Positions 54,810-63,954 of a stretch of 64,000 bases of DNA are shown piece by piece. This DNA comes from an uncultured Phycisphaerales bacterium. Lineage in GTDB: Bacteria; Planctomycetota; B15-G4; CAYZWU01. The notes beneath the pieces were generated by a model. That model was not told the DNA's origin and did no database searches. It was given only the letters and a program-made list of their open reading frames with translations. The stretch spans positions 91,066-155,065 of the forward strand of contig CAZIUL010000005.1 of the NCBI GenBank assembly GCA_964542475.1, written 5' to 3'. The position numbers and the translations under genes were made by a program. Each line of letters starts with the position of its first letter. Position 1 is the stretch's first letter.

Positions 54810-54848
54810 ACCGCATGGTTCATAACCATCTGCTGCGGCGTTGTAAAC
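54807..54848 (+). repeat. Family A 3'-end element, copy 5 (diverged; plus orientation; begins with the TAG stop of the M24 peptidase gene)
   Basis: TAGACCGCATGGTTCATAACCATCTGCTGCGGCGTTGTAAAC, aligned against gene-sense copies 1-4 TAACCCGCATATTTCATCCTCTTCTGCTGCGGCACCGTAAAC. Confidence 0.6.
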
Positions 54849-54858
54849 AGCGCCGCGG

Positions 54859-56217
54859 CTACTCTGCCTGAGAGGCGATCTTTTTCGCGTCGATTCTGTC
54901 GGTCACGAACTTGAACACCATGAGGGCCAGGAAAGCGGTGATGCCTACACCTACCCAGAAGAACCATATATAATGGGCGTGATCATAGGCGTGGGCTTGT
55001 TCCGCTTCCGGCATGGCTGCCACCACATCCGGCGCAGGGCAGAACTTGTCGAGCAGGCGCCCTGAAGCCGCAAAGCCGAATAGCCAGGACCAGGCAGTGG
55101 TCAGGTGCGAATATCCCATGTACATGCCCACCTCGCCGGGGGGCGCCTGTTTGGAGGCGTACTCGAGAAACCGCGGGGAAAGGAAACATTCCGCGGTTCC
55201 CTGCATGAAGATTCCGATTATCAGCATCAGTTCGATGGGGTGCAAGGAAATGGCAAGGAGCTGAATTCGTTCCGTACCCAGGTTTGGGGCGAGCGCCACG
55301 GGCAGGGCGGAAAAGGGGATGATGAAAAGAGCGATGCTGATGGAAGTTACCGGCCGAATCTTGCGCACGAACTGTGTGATGAGGACCACGAGACAGGTGA
55401 CCGTCAACGGATTCACGATGGCGATCCAACCCGGTTTGGAATAATCACCAACCATGCGGAACAAGTACTTGGGCATGGTTGCATAAAGCTGGCCTTGGAT
55501 CGCCCAGAACCCGCCGATGATGATTATCAGACATAAGAAGCGGATGTTTTTGAGTACCCTCCCCAGCCCGTTAAAAAGCTCAGCAACACTCTTGCCTTCG
55601 CCACTCCTATCCGTGGTTTTGAAAGAAAAAAAGATCACGATTAATCCAAGGAGTGAAACAAGCGCGGACAACAGGTTTACCGCCTGGAATCCGGTGATTC
55701 CGAGGTCCATCTCGTTTATGCTGATCCGGATAGGATCCGCCACTATCTTTGATATGGTTGATCCGATGTTTACAGCCATGTAAAAAAGAGAAAAGGCTCG
55801 GGCCCGGTTGGCGTCGGTCGAACACTTGGCAGTGGTGCCGGAAATGACGGGCTTTACAATGGCTCCTCCCAGCATGATCAATACAAGCGCAAGCACGGCC
55901 GCCCACTTCTCCGGTACCGCGCCGAGCATGCCGTACCCGACAGATCCGAGGGCGAAAGCGATCATCAGGGCTTTACGAAACCCGATCTTGTCGGACAAGG
56001 CTCCCAAGAAAGTGGGCATGAAATAGAGAAGAAAGGCAAAACCGCCCACGAGGTCACCGGATTCTTCATCCGTGAATCCCACGTCCTCTGTCAGGTAAGC
56101 CACCATAAAAAGGAAGGCGCCGTAATAAGCCAACCGCTCGAGTAGCTCAGAGAAGTTGGCTACCCAGAAAACCTTGGGGAACTTCCAGGACATGCTAGCA
56201 GCGGTTTTTTCTTCCAT
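54859..56217 (-). CDS. POT/PTR2-family proton-dependent di/tripeptide transporter (MFS)
   Basis: PTR2 signature ELLERLAYYG near the N-terminus. About 12 transmembrane helices. Confidence 0.85.
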   Translation of the reverse strand: MEEKTAASMSWKFPKVFWVANFSELLERLAYYGAFLFMVAYLTEDVGFTDEESGDLVGGFAFLLYFMPTFLGALSDKIGFRKALMIAFALGSVGYGMLGAVPEKWAAVLALVLIMLGGAIVKPVISGTTAKCSTDANRARAFSLFYMAVNIGSTISKIVADPIRISINEMDLGITGFQAVNLLSALVSLLGLIVIFFSFKTTDRSGEGKSVAELFNGLGRVLKNIRFLCLIIIIGGFWAIQGQLYATMPKYLFRMVGDYSKPGWIAIVNPLTVTCLVVLITQFVRKIRPVTSISIALFIIPFSALPVALAPNLGTERIQLLAISLHPIELMLIIGIFMQGTAECFLSPRFLEYASKQAPPGEVGMYMGYSHLTTAWSWLFGFAASGRLLDKFCPAPDVVAAMPEAEQAHAYDHAHYIWFFWVGVGITAFLALMVFKFVTDRIDAKKIASQAE

Positions 56218-56298
56218 TGGTTGTTCCTTCGTTTTTTAATTCCGGGGACGGGGTATTCATTCTCCCCAGCCCGACCGGTCCGACGAGCCCGACAAAAC

Positions 56299-57543
56299 TT
56301 AATCCCCGAAAAGCTGCACCAGGTTCAGAACGGTGCATGCCGAAAGCGCCAGCGACCTGTCCGCTATCCACTCCTGCGGGCCGTGGAAGTTCACTCCTCC
56401 GGCGAAGACGTTGGGTGTTGGCATGCCCATTGCCGTGAGCCGCGATCCGTCCGTGCCCCCGCGTATGGGGTCGACGCTCGGCGTGAGCCCGGTCATCTCG
56501 ATCGCCTTTTTCAGGCTGTCCGTGATCTCGGCATGCTTTGAAAGCTCGTCGTACATGTTCCTGTACTGCTCGACGATCTCCACCGTGACCTTGAGCTTGG
56601 GCTCCTCAGCCATGAGTGCCTTGCCGATCTCTTTCAAGCGCTCGCACCGTTCCTCCAGGATCTTGACCGTGAAGTCCCTTATGATCAGGTTGGCCTTGCA
56701 CTCGGCCGCGTCTCCCGAGACATCGGTCGGGTGGTAGAAGCCGTCCCTTCCGTCCGTGCATTCAGGCGTTTCAGCCATGGGAAGGCGCGCCAGGAACTTG
56801 CCCATGTAAGTTAGCGCGTTCACCATCTTGCCTTTTGCGTAGCCGGGGTGCACGGAAACGCCCTTGAACGTGACGATGCCCTTGTTCGCGGAGAAGGTCT
56901 CGATGTTCATCTCGCCCGGGAAACCGCCGTCGAGCGTGAACGCAAAAGGCGATGCGAAATCCTTCATCGGGAACTTGTTCGCTCCCCTGCCCACCTCCTC
57001 GTCCGGGTTGAAGCAGATCCTGAGAGTGGGCCGCTTGATCTCCGGGTCCGAGAGCAGCACCTCGACGGCAGCCATGATCGCCGCGATGCCCGCCTTGTCA
57101 TCAGCACCGAGCAGCGTGGTCCCGTCCGCCGTGATGATGGTGTCGCCCTTGCATTTCAGGAGCTCCGGTGAATCTTTCGGATCGATTGTAACGCCGTCCT
57201 TGAGCTTGATGGGGGAGCAGTCGTAGTTTTTGTGGAACTGCGGCTTGACATCGGTTCCTGAAAACGCGGGTGCTGTGTCCATGTGGGCGCAGAGCCCAAC
57301 CAGGCCCTTGGCGTTCCCTTTCAGTTCTGCCCTCACATACCCGTTCTCATCCATTTCAGCGCCTTTTACGCCGAGCTCCTTCAGCTCATTAACCAGGTGC
57401 TTGCCGAGCGCGAGCTGCTTGTCCGTGCTAGGACATTTTTCGCATTCCTCGTCCGATTGGGTGTCGAACTTCACGTATTCGAGAAACCTGTCCAGTATCT
57501 TGGTGTTTTTCAGGATTTCTTCGGGTTTGTTGAATGTGCGCAT
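56299..57543 (-). CDS. pepT: Peptidase T (tripeptide aminopeptidase, M20B)
   Basis: M20 metal-binding blocks (CAHMDT; GADDKAGIAAI; NPDEEVG). Length 414 aa. Confidence 0.9.
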   Translation of the reverse strand: MRTFNKPEEILKNTKILDRFLEYVKFDTQSDEECEKCPSTDKQLALGKHLVNELKELGVKGAEMDENGYVRAELKGNAKGLVGLCAHMDTAPAFSGTDVKPQFHKNYDCSPIKLKDGVTIDPKDSPELLKCKGDTIITADGTTLLGADDKAGIAAIMAAVEVLLSDPEIKRPTLRICFNPDEEVGRGANKFPMKDFASPFAFTLDGGFPGEMNIETFSANKGIVTFKGVSVHPGYAKGKMVNALTYMGKFLARLPMAETPECTDGRDGFYHPTDVSGDAAECKANLIIRDFTVKILEERCERLKEIGKALMAEEPKLKVTVEIVEQYRNMYDELSKHAEITDSLKKAIEMTGLTPSVDPIRGGTDGSRLTAMGMPTPNVFAGGVNFHGPQEWIADRSLALSACTVLNLVQLFGD

Positions 57544-57650
57544 GAAAATCTCTCCTTACGTGGCAATGAATTATCCGCTCTGCTCTCTATAATCTGTCCG
57601 GAACCCGCCATGGTAGCAGAGGGGGAGGAAGAGGACACGAATGAAATGCC

Positions 57651-57756
57651 AAGAGGGCGAAAGATTTTTCGCCCCTACGGCGGCTGACTGAGCGGCGCCC
57701 TCCACTGTTTAGCATGCCGTTTTACCTGGAGGGCGGCAGTCTCTTGCCGCCTCTTG
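57651..57756. repeat. Family D GC-rich structured repeat, copy 2 (preceded by hairpin GGGCGAAAGATTTTTCGCCC)
   Basis: CTACGGCGGCTGACTGAGCGGCGCCCTCCACTGTTTAGC…CTGGAGGGCGGCAGTCTCTTGCCGCCTCTT. Confidence 0.75.
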
Positions 57757-57857
57757 ATCGGTTTGTGTGAGTGTCTCCGGTTGTTGCAATTCAACAACAC
57801 TTTCCCACAGAAAGCGGACCAGGCAAGAATGCCTAACCCGAACATAGCCTAGTCTCA

Positions 57858-59450
57858 TCAAGGCTGGTAAATTTCAGCAGTATCGCTTACCGAGGCAGGG
57901 TTGCCGCTGAATCCGCCCGCGAGCAGCCAGGTCCCATCCGGCAGGGGCGCGAAACCGAAAGCGAAGCGGGTCATGTTCAGGCTTGGCCCGGCGCTCCACG
58001 TGCCGCTCGACAGGTTGTAGATCTCGCTTGAGCCCAGGATCATCGGGTTGTTGAGGTCTCCCGCGCCTCCGGCCATGGCGATCACGGTGCCGTTGTCCCT
58101 GGTCAGCATCTGGCACCCGATGCGTGATGTTGTCATGTCACCGGTCGATGAAAATGTCTGCCCGGACGAATCGACAAGGCTGCAGGTTGTTGTCAGGTCG
58201 TAGTCGATGAACGTGCCCGTGGCCCCGCTCACTATCAGGACCTTGCCGCTCGGCAGAAGATGGGCCGAATGAGCAGTCCTTGTGCGAGTCATCGATATTG
58301 GCGAGCCGAAAGAACCGATGCCCGTGTTAGGCGTGTAGAGCTCGGCCTTGTCGAGAAGCTCCGGAATCTTTATGCCGAACAGTTCGAAGTATGAAACGCC
58401 GCCGGCCACAATTACCTTGGCGTTGCCGAGCCGGGTCGCGGTGAACGCCACCCTGGGCTTGGCCATGTTCGGGCCGCTGCCGAAGCTGCTCGTTGCGGGA
58501 TCGAAGATCTCGGTCGTTTTCTGCATGGTGTTGATCATCGAGGTCTCGTCCGTGGGATCGGTGTATCCGCCGATCACGAGCACGCGGCCGTCCTCCAGAA
58601 GAACCGGCTGGTACATGATCCTCGTCAGCGACATTGCTCCTGCGATGGAGAAGCTGCTTGTGGCCGGGTCGAATACCCACGATGTGGTGGTGGGGTCGTT
58701 GGACCCGTTCATTCCGCCGAGAAAGAGCACGCGCCCGTCATCCAAAACGGTTGCCGTCATTCCCGTGCGGGGTGCGGGCAGCGAATAGGGAGCAGCCGCG
58801 AACCGCTCGAGGCCCGGTTCGTATAAAAGAACTCCGGCCGTGACATAGGTGCCCGCGCCGGTCACAACAGTGCCGCCCGCCATGATCACTGTCCCGTCAG
58901 GAAGCCCGGCTGTTGCAGCGCCTGCTATCCGGTCCGGCATCGTTTCCAGGGTGTATGCAAAGCTGTTGGGATATGCGAACGTCACCCTGTACAGGTTGGA
59001 TATGTCCAGGATCGGGGTTGCCATGTTGTTGAGCAGGCAGTTTTGAAAGTTAAGGTTCAACCCGTCGAGCAGGGGATCGTTCGGCGCGAACAGGGCCAGC
59101 TCCTTTGTGCCGTCAGCTTCGAAGTAATCCACGAAACCCGGTATGGTGGCGCAGAAGGTCAGAAGATCAAACCCCACGTCCAGAGTGCACCACGGCGTGA
59201 CAGTCGGTCCTGTTGTCAAGGACATGAGAAGGTAGTAGCTCCCGTTCGGCGGGCCCTCGAGGTTTATTGTGAACGTCTGTCCGATCCCTCCGCCGTCCAT
59301 GCTGATGGACATCTCCTGTGGAGCTGCCATGCCCATGAAAAGACAGCAGAGGAGCGGAACTAGGAACAAGGCTTTCTTGGCTTGGGGGGGGAACATATCA
59401 GCTCCTTTTTTCAAAGCGGTTTTATTAGGCGGATGGTGTAGGCTTTCCAA
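57858..59450 (-). CDS. Secreted Kelch-repeat beta-propeller protein (galactose-oxidase-central-domain-like)
   Basis: Signal peptide after MFPPQAKK. Repeated …DGRVL.LGG…/…AGG… Kelch blades. Confidence 0.65.
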   Translation of the reverse strand: MESLHHPPNKTALKKGADMFPPQAKKALFLVPLLCCLFMGMAAPQEMSISMDGGGIGQTFTINLEGPPNGSYYLLMSLTTGPTVTPWCTLDVGFDLLTFCATIPGFVDYFEADGTKELALFAPNDPLLDGLNLNFQNCLLNNMATPILDISNLYRVTFAYPNSFAYTLETMPDRIAGAATAGLPDGTVIMAGGTVVTGAGTYVTAGVLLYEPGLERFAAAPYSLPAPRTGMTATVLDDGRVLFLGGMNGSNDPTTTSWVFDPATSSFSIAGAMSLTRIMYQPVLLEDGRVLVIGGYTDPTDETSMINTMQKTTEIFDPATSSFGSGPNMAKPRVAFTATRLGNAKVIVAGGVSYFELFGIKIPELLDKAELYTPNTGIGSFGSPISMTRTRTAHSAHLLPSGKVLIVSGATGTFIDYDLTTTCSLVDSSGQTFSSTGDMTTSRIGCQMLTRDNGTVIAMAGGAGDLNNPMILGSSEIYNLSSGTWSAGPSLNMTRFAFGFAPLPDGTWLLAGGFSGNPASVSDTAEIYQP

Positions 59451-59616
59451 AACATCACATTAATATCATACAACGCATTGGTTTTCAAGGCGGGAACCTT
59501 CCCGGAAATTTCCCGGGCCGGGCCCGGCCAAGCCCGGCACGGCATGGGTGCGGCCCGGGAACGCAGCGACTTGCGATACGGGCGAGGTTGCCGCGTGTAT
59601 TCACCGACACTCCGGA

Positions 59617-61431
59617 TCAGTATGTGATCGTTGTCTCACCGATGTTGCTCGTCCCCCGGAACAGACCGGTTCCTTGATCGAAAGTGGCCACCTGGGATTG
59701 GAATATGATGCCGTTGAGCCCGAGCGGAATCTGAATCTCGAGGGAACCCAGCCCGGCGGTATCCAGGCTTTGCGAGTTGATGATGATGAACTGCAGCAGA
59801 ACCGGGAAGCCGTAATATGTGAATGTCGTGTTATCCAGCGAAACGAGAAGGTGCGAAAAATCATCCGCGCCGCCGCCGAAGCTCCATGCGAACATTTGAC
59901 CTTCCGGGGCAAGATCAGCAACACTGAGGACCGGCGGATCGTTTTCGATGTAGGTTAAGTACCCCGGATTGCTCGTTTCCCATGCGTTGGAGACCCTGAC
60001 CTCGGTTATTCCTAGCATCGACGCTTCAGGCGCGGGGAAAAAGATCGTTTGATCATCATCGATCGTAAATCCGGCCGGGGCGCTCAAGCACACGTCTCCG
60101 CACTGAACCTCTGTTGCCAGGGAAAAGTTGTCTCCGGTCAAAATGACATTCCCGCCCATGAAGGATTTGACAAGGGCCGGGCTGACCTGGCTGATCTCAG
60201 GGGTCATCGAAGGGGCTATCGCCTCCATGGCCGCCTCCACATCAAGCCTTCCGTGTTTGACCCAGGTTCCCACGTCGACTGCAGAGGTTTGAATCGCGTT
60301 GCGCACGGTCCACGCGTTAGCCTGGGTCCTCTGGCTGCCAAGGAGCGAGTAAAGAAGCACTGCCGCGCCCGCGACATGCGGGCAGGCCATGGATGTGCCG
60401 TTGGATATCGTGTAACCGCCGGAGTTCCATGTGGACACGATGTCCTTGCCCGGCGCCGCCACGCTGACCCAGCTTCCGTATGTTGAAAACGATGCCCTGG
60501 AATCGTTGGACTTTGATGCGGCCACCGCGATGACACGGGAGTACGCCGCGGGGTAGTGTTTCGAGGTGTTGCCGCTGTTGCCGGCCGCTGCAACGCATAC
60601 GCAGCCGGCGCTGTACGCCGCATCGATCGCTGTTTCCATGCTTGAGCTTTTACTCGTGCTCCCGAACGACATGGAGATCACGAGCGCGCCCGAGCTCTTT
60701 GCCTCGTTGATGCACTGGATTATCGTGCTTACGGCAAATGCGTCCTTGCCGGCCCTGTAAGACAGGAACCTGCAGTCATGAGCCACACCCGCAACACCGA
60801 TGAGGTTGTTCGTGGCGGCTGCCGCGATCCCCGCGGTGAGCGTTCCGTGGCCGTTTGTGTCGTTGGGATTCGAATCGTTGCCGTAAAAGTCGTAGCCGCC
60901 GGCATAGTTGGGAACCAGGTCGGAATGGTTCATGTCCACGCCCGTGTCGATCAAGGCCACGAGCGCTCCGGGCGATCCTGTGAAATGGTCCCATGCATCA
61001 TCGCACTCGATCTTTTTCGGGCCCCATTGCTGGCTCCAGAAAGGGTCGTCCGGCACGTGGAAAGGTTTGTACACGAAGTTCGGCTCGGCAAAGAGCACGC
61101 CCGGCATGCTGCCGAGCGCCTCGATCGTATCGTCGAGCGATCCGTTGTCGAAACGAAGGCGTTCGATTTCATGCGGAAGCGCCTCTATCTTCCGTGCCCC
61201 GGCCTGCTCGCGAACCTCGGCCCTGGCCGCGGCGTGCACAACGCTTTTTTTGAAGCGCACCAGCACCTCTCCCTTGACAACCCAGGCGCCTTTCCATTTT
61301 TCAAGCTCAAGAACGGGGTCGGGATTTTCGCCCGCCTGGGCGTACACCGCAACGGGCGCCGACAAAACAAGAGCGCAGAACACAGCGGCGGATAATACAA
61401 TAGCGATGGGCCTCGTGCGGTGTGATAACAT
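59617..61431 (-). CDS. Secreted S8-family subtilisin-like serine peptidase with C-terminal extension domains
   Basis: Signal peptide. Catalytic triad blocks: VALIDTGVD (Asp), NGHGTLTAG (His), GTSMACPHVAG (Ser). Confidence 0.9.
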   Translation of the reverse strand: MLSHRTRPIAIVLSAAVFCALVLSAPVAVYAQAGENPDPVLELEKWKGAWVVKGEVLVRFKKSVVHAAARAEVREQAGARKIEALPHEIERLRFDNGSLDDTIEALGSMPGVLFAEPNFVYKPFHVPDDPFWSQQWGPKKIECDDAWDHFTGSPGALVALIDTGVDMNHSDLVPNYAGGYDFYGNDSNPNDTNGHGTLTAGIAAAATNNLIGVAGVAHDCRFLSYRAGKDAFAVSTIIQCINEAKSSGALVISMSFGSTSKSSSMETAIDAAYSAGCVCVAAAGNSGNTSKHYPAAYSRVIAVAASKSNDSRASFSTYGSWVSVAAPGKDIVSTWNSGGYTISNGTSMACPHVAGAAVLLYSLLGSQRTQANAWTVRNAIQTSAVDVGTWVKHGRLDVEAAMEAIAPSMTPEISQVSPALVKSFMGGNVILTGDNFSLATEVQCGDVCLSAPAGFTIDDDQTIFFPAPEASMLGITEVRVSNAWETSNPGYLTYIENDPPVLSVADLAPEGQMFAWSFGGGADDFSHLLVSLDNTTFTYYGFPVLLQFIIINSQSLDTAGLGSLEIQIPLGLNGIIFQSQVATFDQGTGLFRGTSNIGETTITY

Positions 61432-61581
61432 AACCAGTTCCCCTTCATGAACCTCGTAGGATCAACAACTATTAATATTATCATCAATTGCCTGAAAAAC
61501 CATTAATATTTTTTAATGTTTTATTTTTGAGAAGACGTTTTTAAGGGGGGTCGTTATTAGCGCTTCCTCTCCATTATTCCC

Positions 61582-61792
61582 ACGGAGGGCGGACACATAG
61601 GTCCGCCCCTACGGCGGCTGACGGAGCGGCGCCCTACACTGTTAATAGGTCGGTTGACCATCTTCTGGAGGGCGGCACTCTGTTGCCGCCTCTTCGGTTC
61701 CGGCGCCGACAAAGCGGCGCCCTCCACTGTTTAACCGGTGCTTGCCGTTTCTTCTGGAGGGCGGCAGTCTCTTGCCGCCTCTTCTCTTCTCT
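61582..61792. repeat. Family D GC-rich structured repeat, copy 3 (two tandem units; leader hairpin GGGCGGAC-acatag-GTCCGCCC)
   Basis: Two units ending CTGGAGGGCGGCACTCTGTTGCCGCCTCTTC and CTGGAGGGCGGCAGTCTCTTGCCGCCTCTTC. Each is preceded by (C)GGCGCCGAC.AGCGGCGCCCT(A/C)CACTGTT(A)A. Confidence 0.8.
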
Positions 61793-61879
61793 TTCCTTTC
61801 CTGAACATTTTCCTTGGTGGGTATCCCTTGACCCCTGTTTCTCCCGGGTGCTATAACATCTCCCTTCGGAGGAGGCAGT

Positions 61880-63954
61880 ATGCCCATCGACAAAGACGAC
61901 AAAAACACCTCCCGGGAAAGGGCGGAAAAGCTCTTCCGCGAGTTTCTCGCCCGCCGCGAGGCCGACGACGAGGTGACGGCGGACGAGTATTTCGCCAAAC
62001 ACCCCGAACTCGAGCATGAGCTGAAGGAGCTTTTCAGCACACTGAAGACTGATGAAACGGAGGAGATAGACCTCGGAGAAGGTAAAGCCCCTGCATCCGG
62101 ACCTGCCAAGGACCGGGAAACCATCGGCGACTTCCGCATCATCCGCGAGATCGGCTCGGGCGGCATGGGCACGGTGTACGAGGCGGAGCAGCTTTCGTTG
62201 AAGCGGCGTGTGGCCCTGAAGGTGCTGCCTTCGCACCTGAGTTTTTCTGACCAGGCAGTGTGTAAGTTCCAGCGCGAGGCTGAAGCCGGCGGCAGGCAGC
62301 AGCACGCTGGTATCGTGGGAGTGATTGCGGTGGGCGAGGAGGAAGGCGTCCACTACATTGCCCAGGAGCTGATCAAGGGCGGGTTCACACTGGCTGACAG
62401 GCTCGGGGATCTCGGCAGAGGGAAGCGGGCTACCTGCGCGAGACAGCAGGGCTTGCAGCGGAGATCGCGGACGCGCTGCAGCACGCGCACTCCACAGGCG
62501 TGATCCACCGGGATGTGAAGCCTTCTAACATCCTTCTGACCCCGGAAGGCGCGCCCAAGGTGACCGACTTCGGCCTTGCCCGCATCGAGGATGCGCTCGC
62601 GCTCTCCCGCACCGGGGATTTCGCGGGCACCCCGTACTACATGTCACCCGAACAGGCAGCCTCGCGCCGTATCGGCATCGACCATCGCACCGACATTTTT
62701 TCGCTCGGTGCCACCCTGTACGAGATGCTGACTCTCAAGCTTCCCTTCGAAGGTGACACCAGCCAGCAGGTCCTGCGGAAAATTCTGCTCGAAGACCCGC
62801 CTGACCCGCGAAAGCTCCGCTCGCGCACCCCGCGCGACCTGGCTGTGATCTGCCTCAAGGCCATGGAGAAGAGGCCGGATCACCGTTACCAGAGCATGGA
62901 GGAGTTATCAGCGGACCTGCGTCGTTTTACGAACAACGAACCGATTGTAGCGAAGCCGCCCGGCCCGATCGCGAGGGGCGTGAAATGGGTGCGGCGCCAT
63001 CCCGTGGTAAGTGTTGCGGGAGCGGTTGCGGTTGTGGCGCTTTTGGTGATCTCTGGTTTATGGTGGCGCGCAACAGAGGCGGAGCAGGCAACCGCTGCCG
63101 CGCTTACACGGATCAAAGAGGAGAAGGCTGCTACTGCTGCAGAGCGCGACCGTGCAATAGCAGCCGAGAAAACGGCAAAACAACTCTCTTACTACGCTTT
63201 TCTTCGCTCAACTCAAGATGCCTTGAATGCGAATAACTTTGCGGAGGCGAGGCGAACGCACGAGCTCTGCCCGGAGGAGTACCGCGAATGGGAATGGCAC
63301 CACTTGGCCTTGAGGCTTGATCAGAGCTTGCAGACGTTGAAGGGGCATGAAAACGGAGTAGACTCCGTCGCCTGGAACCCTACAGGCACGCGGATCGTGT
63401 CAGGATCGGGGGATAATACCCTTCGCGTTTGGGCTACGGCTACTACCGGCGAGTGTGTACAAACGCTTACGGGACATGAAAACGGGGTGACCTCCGTTGC
63501 CTGGAATCCTACGGGCACCCGTATCGTGTCCGCTGAGCCTTATGGGGTTTTTCGCATCTGGGACGCAGCCACTGGGGACTGCATACAAACGGTTACGGGG
63601 AATGAAAGCTATGTGTCCTCCCTCGACTGGAATCCGGCTGGCACGCTGATTGTGTCTGGGGCTCTGAATAGGACCGTTCGCGTCTGGGATGCGTCTAATG
63701 GACGGTGCGTGCAAACGTTAGCTGGGCATGAAAGCGGAGTGACCTCTGTTGCCTGGAATCCTTCAGGCACGCGGATCGCGTCCGGGTCATATGATAGTAC
63801 AATTCGTATCTGGGATGCTGCCACTGGTCAGTGCGTTCAAACGATCACGGGGCATGATGATATGTGGGGGGGGATCTCCGTTGCCTGGAACCCTGCTGGC
63901 ACGCGGATCGTGTCAGGGTCGGATGACGAGACCGTTCGCGTCTGGGACGCGTAG
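61880..63954 (+). pseudogene. Ser/Thr protein kinase with transmembrane helix, coiled coil and C-terminal WD40 repeats. The reading frame is broken by a frameshift near 62410-62425.
   Basis: Kinase subdomains I-V (GSGGMGTVYEA…ALKVL) are in the frame of ORF 61880..62503. Subdomains VIb-XI (VIHRDVKPSNILL…DFGLA…GTPYYMSPE) continue in a different frame (ORF 62500..63954). The sequence …LGDLGR|EAGYLRETAGLAAEIADALQHAHSTG is recovered by a 1-nt shift. The gene ends with a TAG at 63952-63954. Confidence 0.55.

Noticed and set aside
30052-54848. Family-A elements as integron attC sites or gene-cassette boundaries
   Set aside because: The elements lack the attC R''/L''-L'/R' inverted-repeat architecture and the GTTRRRY core. 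The host genes are in mixed orientations and are ordinary chromosomal genes, not an array of promoterless cassettes next to an intI.
61582-61792. CRISPR array
   Set aside because: The tandem family-D units are GC-rich structured repeats of about 90-110 nt, not 24-48-nt direct repeats with unique spacers. No cas genes are nearby.
63300-63954. Multiple small ORFs on both strands (63321..63518, 63400..63714, 63609..63824) with mutually similar peptides
   Set aside because: These are artefacts of the near-tandem WD40-encoding DNA repeats of the kinase-WD40 gene read in other frames.
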